A DNA stretch of 64,000 nucleotides from assembly GCA_030447525.1 (NCBI GenBank), contig JAUJOR010000013.1:39981-103980 (forward strand), written 5' to 3'. Made by a program: the position numbers and the translations under genes. The notes under the pieces were generated by a model. That model was not told where the DNA came from. It ran no database searches and saw only the letters and a program-made list of their open reading frames with translations. Every line of letters starts with the position of its first letter. The first letter of the stretch is position 1. The DNA is from Chloroflexota bacterium (GTDB lineage Bacteria > Chloroflexota > UBA11872 > UBA12225). Of this stretch, positions 58,588 through 64,000 are shown one piece after another.

Positions 58588-58895
58588 GGGCGGGCAACGG
58601 GTCTACATCTTCTGGCGGCACCGATTCTAGCGGCACCGAGGCGTGCTACCACCTCCGCCGTCTGCCGTCACCCCCCAGGAGGCTCCCGGCCCCTGCTGCG
58701 GGGCGTCGAGGCCGGCTGTCATCTCAGCGCCGGCCTCAGACCATTCCTCCTGGCTTTTTTCTGGTGCGTCTCTTGTCCCTGCCGGGGCACCGGCACGGAA
58801 TGCAATCGGAACCCCGTACCGGCTGGGCGGTGGGACGATCGGACGTGTCCTCACCAGCCCCCGGCGCTGCTGGATGGGTGATGAACAGGCCTGAG

Positions 58896-61067
58896 CTAGG
58901 CCGGGACCTGCACCTTCTCGGCTCTCGACCAGTCACGGTGCTGCGCGATGGCCTCGATGAGCCGCTGGGCAAAGGCCTGCGGGTTCGACACCTCTCGGGC
59001 CGCCACTACTCCCTTGGCGACGATCACCCGCCCGTCCGATCCCTGGTCGGCCAGGGGCACGCCGGTGATGTCGGACTGCAGCAGGAGGTTGACGCCTTCC
59101 CCGGTAGCGCCAATGGCCTTACAGTGCTTGAAGGCCTCGTTGACGAAGTGGCGGGCGTCCCCCTGGAGGAGCAGAGTGTCCACGCTGGCCTTGCCCCCGG
59201 GGACATAGACGGCGTCGTACATGATCGAGCCGGTGGTGATGGCGCTCTTGTCCACCTCCACCGCCTCACCGCCGGAGCTCTTGATCGGTCCCAGGAACTT
59301 GCTGATCACGTGCGTCACCGCCCCGGCCGCCTGCAGCGCCGCCCGCACGGCCAGGAGCTCGGCGCTGTTGTACCCGTCCCCGGCCAGGATGGCGATGCGC
59401 CGGCCCTTGATGGTGCGCTTGGCGGTGTTCTCCATGCTCAGGCCCGGAGAGCTCCGTCCATGGTTCTTCACCGCCGACCCGGTCGGGGCGGGCACGCCAG
59501 CGCCCTCGGCGATCAGCGTGGCCAGCTGGTGGTCGACCCGGTTGAACAGCTCCACCATGCGCATGCGGATCTCTCTGGCCTCCACCTTCCCCAGCTCGAA
59601 GTGAGCCGCCTCCACGAGGTGCTCCTTCTCCGGGAGAGAGAGGCTATTCCAGAAGAGCGTTGCCTGGCTGAAATGATCCCCGAAGCTCTCACTGCGCCGG
59701 CGCACCTTGCGCCCTTCCACCTTCTCGGCGTAGTGCACGTAGCCCCCCTGTTCCTCCGCTGCCGGCATGGGGGAGTTACTGGCCAGGGCGTTGGGGGAGT
59801 AGGCGACGCGCCCCTTGACGATCTTGTGCTGGTGGAACCCGTCGCGCTGGTTGTTGCGCACCGGGACGACCGGCCGGTTGATGGGGATTTGCTGGAAGTT
59901 GGGGCCACCGAGACGGAGGAGCTGCGTGTCCAGGTAAGAAAACAAGCGCCCCTGGAGCAACGGGTCGTTGCTGAAATCGATCCCCGGGACGACGTGCCCG
60001 ACGTGAAAGGCGACCTGCTCGGTCTCGGCGAAAAAGCTGTCCGGGTTGCGGTCCAGGGTCAACTTGCCGATGGGGCGCACCGGCACGACCTCTTCCGGAA
60101 TGATCTTCGTCGCGTCCAGAAGGTCGAAGTCGAACTTGAACTCGTCGGCTTCCTCGACGAGCTGTACCCCCAGCTCGAACTCCGGGTAGTCGCCCCGTTC
60201 AATCGCCTCCCACAGGTCACGCCGGTGGAAGTCGGGGTCCTTGCCGGCGATCTTGAGCGCCTCGTCGAGCACCAGGGCATGCGTGCCGAGCAGAGGCTTC
60301 CAATGGAACTTGACGAAACGGGCCTTGCCCTGGGCGTTGACAAAGCGGAAGGAATGCACCCCAAAGCCCTGCATCATGCGGTAGCTCCGGGGGATGGCCC
60401 GGTCGGAGAGCAACCACATGATCATGTGCATGGACTCGGGCGTCAGGGAGATGAAGTCCCAGAAGGTGTCGTGGGCCGAGGAGGCCCCCGGCATCTCGTG
60501 GTGCGGCTCCGGCTTGATGGCGTGGACGACGTCCGGGAACTTGATGGCGTCCTGGATAAAGAACACCGGGATGTTGTTTCCTACCAGGTCAAAGTTGCCG
60601 TCCTCGGTGTAGAACTTGACGGCGAAACCCCGCACGTCTCGCACCGTGTCCGCCGACCCCCGCGACCCGACGACAGTCGAGAAGCGCACGAAGACCGGCG
60701 TCTTCTGGGAAGGATCCTGGAGGAACCTGGCCCTGGTGTACTCGGCCAGGGGCTCGTAGACCTGAAAATAGCCGTGGGCGCCGGAGCCACGGGCGTGGAC
60801 GACCCGCTCCGGGATGCGCTCGTGGTCAAAGTGAGTGAGCTTCTCGCGGAAGTGGAAATCCTCCATCAGGGTCGGGCCGCGGTCCCCTGCCTTCAGGGAG
60901 TCGTCGGTGTGGTTGATGCGCAGGCCATGATTCGAGGTCAGGAACTCGCCCTGGGGGCTCTCCCGGAACTGCGCTAAGTCCGCGTTCTTGCTCTGCCCGT
61001 CCTTGCTCGCCAGGTCATCGCCCTGCCCGTCCCTGCCTTGCCCGCCTGTGCTGCCGTCCCCGTTCAT
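58896..61067 (-). CDS. katE: Large-subunit monofunctional catalase (HPII type)
   Basis: [53 protein letters not shown], plus the C-terminal flavodoxin/DJ-1-like domain ([12 protein letters not shown]...). ATG at 61067. Confidence 0.95.
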   Translation of the reverse strand: MNGDGSTGGQGRDGQGDDLASKDGQSKNADLAQFRESPQGEFLTSNHGLRINHTDDSLKAGDRGPTLMEDFHFREKLTHFDHERIPERVVHARGSGAHGYFQVYEPLAEYTRARFLQDPSQKTPVFVRFSTVVGSRGSADTVRDVRGFAVKFYTEDGNFDLVGNNIPVFFIQDAIKFPDVVHAIKPEPHHEMPGASSAHDTFWDFISLTPESMHMIMWLLSDRAIPRSYRMMQGFGVHSFRFVNAQGKARFVKFHWKPLLGTHALVLDEALKIAGKDPDFHRRDLWEAIERGDYPEFELGVQLVEEADEFKFDFDLLDATKIIPEEVVPVRPIGKLTLDRNPDSFFAETEQVAFHVGHVVPGIDFSNDPLLQGRLFSYLDTQLLRLGGPNFQQIPINRPVVPVRNNQRDGFHQHKIVKGRVAYSPNALASNSPMPAAEEQGGYVHYAEKVEGRKVRRRSESFGDHFSQATLFWNSLSLPEKEHLVEAAHFELGKVEAREIRMRMVELFNRVDHQLATLIAEGAGVPAPTGSAVKNHGRSSPGLSMENTAKRTIKGRRIAILAGDGYNSAELLAVRAALQAAGAVTHVISKFLGPIKSSGGEAVEVDKSAITTGSIMYDAVYVPGGKASVDTLLLQGDARHFVNEAFKHCKAIGATGEGVNLLLQSDITGVPLADQGSDGRVIVAKGVVAAREVSNPQAFAQRLIEAIAQHRDWSRAEKVQVPA

Positions 61068-61275
61068 CGCCTCTCTCACCGCCTCCTTTGCTTCCCACCA
61101 GGCTACAAGATGGACCGACCCTGGGACGCCCTTCCCGCATGCGGGCCCCACCCACAGCGGGCGGCGCGATCTTGTGCGTGGCGCCCCTTGCCTCGTTACC
61201 TGCAGCGAGTATGATGCCCCTTCAGGGCGGTTCACGCCCAAGGACTGGCAGAAGCCGGACGAAGGGAGACTTACC

Positions 61276-62667
61276 ATGGCCGGAGCAGGGGCACACGGTG
61301 GTTACGGCTCATCTAGGACGCGACGCGGCATGCTGGCTGGAGGGATGTCAGGCGTCGCCGGCCTGCTGGCGGCCTGCGCCGGCCCCGCGGGCAGTGAAGC
61401 CCCAGCAGCGCAGAGCCAGGCGCCAGTGACGCTCCGCTAGAGCACCTGGGGCGGAGATGCCCACCCCTTCAACACCGACGCCGCGCCCAAGACGCTGGCC
61501 CTGTTTAACAACAGGTACCCGAACATCAGGGTGGAGGTCGAGCCCCAAAACGGCGCGTGGACGGAGAAGAACACCTCGGAGTGGGTCGCCGGCACCGGCC
61601 CCGACCTCTCGGGCCACTGCTGCGCCACTGGCCCCGACTGGGGCCGCCAGGGGATGTTCCTGAGTCTGGACCCCTACATCAAGCGGGACTCGAAGGCCAT
61701 TCCTACCGCCGACTACGTGGAATGGCTCCTCAAGCTGTTCTCCACGCCGGCCGAGCGGGGCCAGTGGGCGCTGCCGATGTACACCGGCACGGTGGCACTC
61801 TTCTACAACAAGGACCTCTTCAAGAACAAGGGACTGCCGTTCCCCGACGAGACCTGGGACTGGAACAAGTACCGCGAGGTGTCGCTCAGGGTGGCGGACG
61901 TGCCGAGCGACGTCTGGGCGCGCCGCGAGGTCGGCGCCGGGAGCATGTACTGGCGCGCACATCAGAACGGCGCCAACATCGTGGATCCGAAGGACGACAC
62001 CAAGGCGGCCTTTGCCACGGACAAGGCTATCGCCGCTCTGACGTACGAGCGCGATGTGGTGCACAAAGACGGCGTCGTGGCGCCCAGCGGCGGCCCGAAG
62101 GAGCCGGACGCGTTTAAGAGCCTCACCGGGCAGTTTGGTGGTCACGCCGCCATCCGGCTGGGGCGCATCGCCATGTGGGAAGGGGGCTCGTACACGATCA
62201 TCCAGTACCTCCGATTTGTTGAGGACGAGGTGGACTGGGATATTGCCCCGCTGCCCAAAGGCCCGGCCGGGCGCGCTACGCTGGCCACCAGCGACGGCTG
62301 GAGTATCTGGAGCGGCACCAAGAACAAGGACGCCGCCTGGGAGTTCCTCAAGTACTTACAAAGCGATGAGCACACCGACATAGCCACGCGCTACGCCGGG
62401 CAGCAGAGCGCACGCAAGAGCCATCAGCAGCAGTGGGTAAAGGCCTTTGCGGAGACCAATCCCAAGCTGGCCGGCAAGGCCCTGAAGTGGTGCGCCGACG
62501 CCATCGAGAAGAACTACGCCCGCCCCATCGAGTTCTGGCGCAAGGACGCGGACTCCAAGAAGATCTACACGGATGCCTACAACAAGTCCGTGCGCGACGG
62601 CGAGGAAGAGGTGGGAGCGGCCATGCGCGCCGCCGCTGAACAGGTGAACCAGATCAACAAGGGATAG
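61276..62667 (+). pseudogene. ABC-transporter substrate-binding lipoprotein with an in-frame TAG
   Basis: MAGAG...SRTRRGMLAGGMSGVAGLLAAC signal, RBS AAGGGAG. ORFs 60988..61440 and 61531..62667 share a frame, separated by TAG at 61438-61440 (...QAPVTLR*STWGGDAHPF...). Confidence 0.8.
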
Positions 62668-62790
62668 GCCGTCTGGCCGCCGCAGACGGCCGAGGGGCTG
62701 CGCCGTCACCCGCGGTATTTCTCGGGAGAGGCGGCGCTGTGTCTCGGGGCGGGCGGCGCTACCATGGGGCCGGAAAGGACCTGTCCAGCG

Positions 62791-63771
62791 ATGAACCGAC
62801 TCCCCCCCGACGGCATCCCCATCCCGGCGCCGGCCCTGCGCGACCTCGTGCGCGCCCTCGCCGGGGGCGCCGGTCTGCCGGAGGGGCAGGCCGAGCTGCT
62901 GGCCGAGCTCCTGGTAAGAAACGACTTACGGGGCGTCTTTAGCCACGGGTCGCGGCAGATCGCCGCCTATGCCCGCCTGATGCGCGATGGCAAGCTGAAC
63001 CCGCGGCCACAAGTATCCGTGGTGGACGAGAGCATGGCCACGCTCCTGCTGGACGGCGACGGCGGGTTGGGCTACTTCCCGTCCTGGCAGGCGGCACATG
63101 CCCTGGTGGACAAAGCCAGGGCGGCTGGCGTGGCGGCCGGCGTGACGCGGCACCACGGGCACTTCGGGGCCGCCGGGCTGTACACGCGCGTGGCGGCCGC
63201 CGCCGGCTTGATCGGGTACGACACCTCAGGGGTGCAGCTCAAGCTGGCTCCCGGGCAACCCCTGCTGGCGGCCGCCGGCGGGTCGCCGATGAGCTTCGCC
63301 GTCCCGGCCGAGCCACCGCTGGTGCTGGACTTCGGGGCCATCCACGACCTCTACAACGCCGACGAGGAGCGCCTGGCGTACATGATGGAGCACCTCCCCA
63401 GCACGCTCATGCGCAGCTTCGGCCTGGGGACTCTGTGCCAGGTGCTCGGCGGGTTCCTGGCCGGCGTCCCCCTGGAGGAATCTCGCGCCGTGCGGCGCTA
63501 CCCCGGGGCTAACCAGGGGGCCCTGTTCGTCTTCATCGATCCCGCCCGCTTTATCGACCCCCAGGTCCTGACCCACGAGATGGACGCCTACCACCGCATC
63601 GTGGCCCAGCTGAAGCCCTTCCCAGGGACGGGAGATCGGGCGACCCTGCCGGGGCGCCTGGAGTGGGAGCGGGAGCGCCAGTGGGCCGAGACGGGCGTGC
63701 CGGTGGGGAGCCGCCACCGGGAGGAGCTGAGTCAGGTGGCGTCCGAGTTCGGCGTCCCCGTGCCCTGGTGA
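62791..63771 (+). CDS. Ldh_2-family (malate / L-lactate / L-sulfolactate dehydrogenase type 2) oxidoreductase
   Basis: ...LLVRNDLRGVFSHGSRQIA.Y..., ...GDGGLGYF..., ...THHGHFGAAG..., ...GALFVFIDP... Confidence 0.85.
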   Translation: MNRLPPDGIPIPAPALRDLVRALAGGAGLPEGQAELLAELLVRNDLRGVFSHGSRQIAAYARLMRDGKLNPRPQVSVVDESMATLLLDGDGGLGYFPSWQAAHALVDKARAAGVAAGVTRHHGHFGAAGLYTRVAAAAGLIGYDTSGVQLKLAPGQPLLAAAGGSPMSFAVPAEPPLVLDFGAIHDLYNADEERLAYMMEHLPSTLMRSFGLGTLCQVLGGFLAGVPLEESRAVRRYPGANQGALFVFIDPARFIDPQVLTHEMDAYHRIVAQLKPFPGTGDRATLPGRLEWERERQWAETGVPVGSRHREELSQVASEFGVPVPW

Positions 63772-63860
63772 CCAGCGTCCGCCCCACGGTCGAAGTCGCC
63801 CCCGGCCGGGCGTTGAGACAACGCACTCGCAAGGCGGCCTGAGCCCCGGGGCCTGCGCGC

Positions 63861-64000
63861 TCAGGCCAGCTCCTGCAGGCAGCGGCGCAGATAGCCCCGC
63901 GTCTCGGCGGCGATACCCATGGCGCGGGACGGGCAGTAGGCCCTGGCCCCGATTACTTCCAGGTCCAGGACGCCGCCATAGCCGGCATCGCTGAGGGCCC
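63861..64000 (-). CDS. 3' end of a gene running off the window, possibly a xylose-isomerase-like TIM-barrel protein
   Basis: C-terminal ...ALSDAGYGGVLDLEVIGARAY.PSRAMGIAAETRGYLRRCLQELA-stop (TGA at 63861-63863). Only ~46 codons are visible. Confidence 0.4.
   Translation of the reverse strand, partial: ALSDAGYGGVLDLEVIGARAYCPSRAMGIAAETRGYLRRCLQELA

Overview
This is a visibly GC-rich bacterial segment. Third codon positions are mostly G/C, and most long opposite-strand ORFs in the track are GC shadow ORFs. All family calls are by-eye motif recognition; no BLAST, HMM or Rfam search was possible.

I can support about 55 genes or gene relics.

(1) 0.08-7.4 kb is a decayed stretch. It holds ktrA/trkA followed by frameshifted ktrB/trkH and mgtC, a truncated nucleotidyltransferase, and the 3' two-thirds of a tRNA-Ser(GCU)-like gene. 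It also holds an IS3 transposase relic, a Phd/VapC toxin-antitoxin relic, a substrate-binding protein (SBP) gene with an internal deletion, and a GH4 glycosidase with an in-frame TGA.

(2) Several sugar and sugar-acid catabolic clusters follow:
- SBP + FAD oxidoreductase + sulfatase
- rhamnonate-dehydratase-like enzyme + SBP + Gfo/Idh/MocA + lactonase-type amidohydrolase
- DUF1537 kinase + PdxA-type dehydrogenase (tetronate pathway)
- tartrate-dehydrogenase-like + GH-like + SBP + Gfo operon
- lactonase / SDR / mannonate-dehydratase-like / HpcH aldolase
- Ldh_2

(3) Stress genes are present: clpB and katE.

(4) Also present are an ECF41-like sigma factor, LuxR-type and GntR regulators, a receiver-domain protein, and an APH-family kinase.

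(5) A tyrosinase sits next to a separate tyrosinase-C-terminal-like ORF, an LLM oxidoreductase, DUF2203 and a PhyH dioxygenase.

(6) A cytoplasmic S8 protease is paired with an alpha/beta hydrolase.

(7) An IS6-family element carries a frameshifted transposase.

There is no rRNA, no CRISPR array and no intact tRNA.

Most interesting observations:
- A near-consensus promoter drives a ~0.5 kb hairpin-dense untranslated RNA into clpB.
- The S8 protease/hydrolase cassette lies in gene debris.
- A thioredoxin-fold-like gene has an in-frame TGA followed by a SECIS-like hairpin. It is either a selenoprotein or a fresh nonsense mutation.
- The tyrosinase is split from a lid-like domain.
- Six Tat-lipoprotein SBP genes occur with no ABC permease or ATPase gene in the window.
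- The density of disrupted genes is unusually high.
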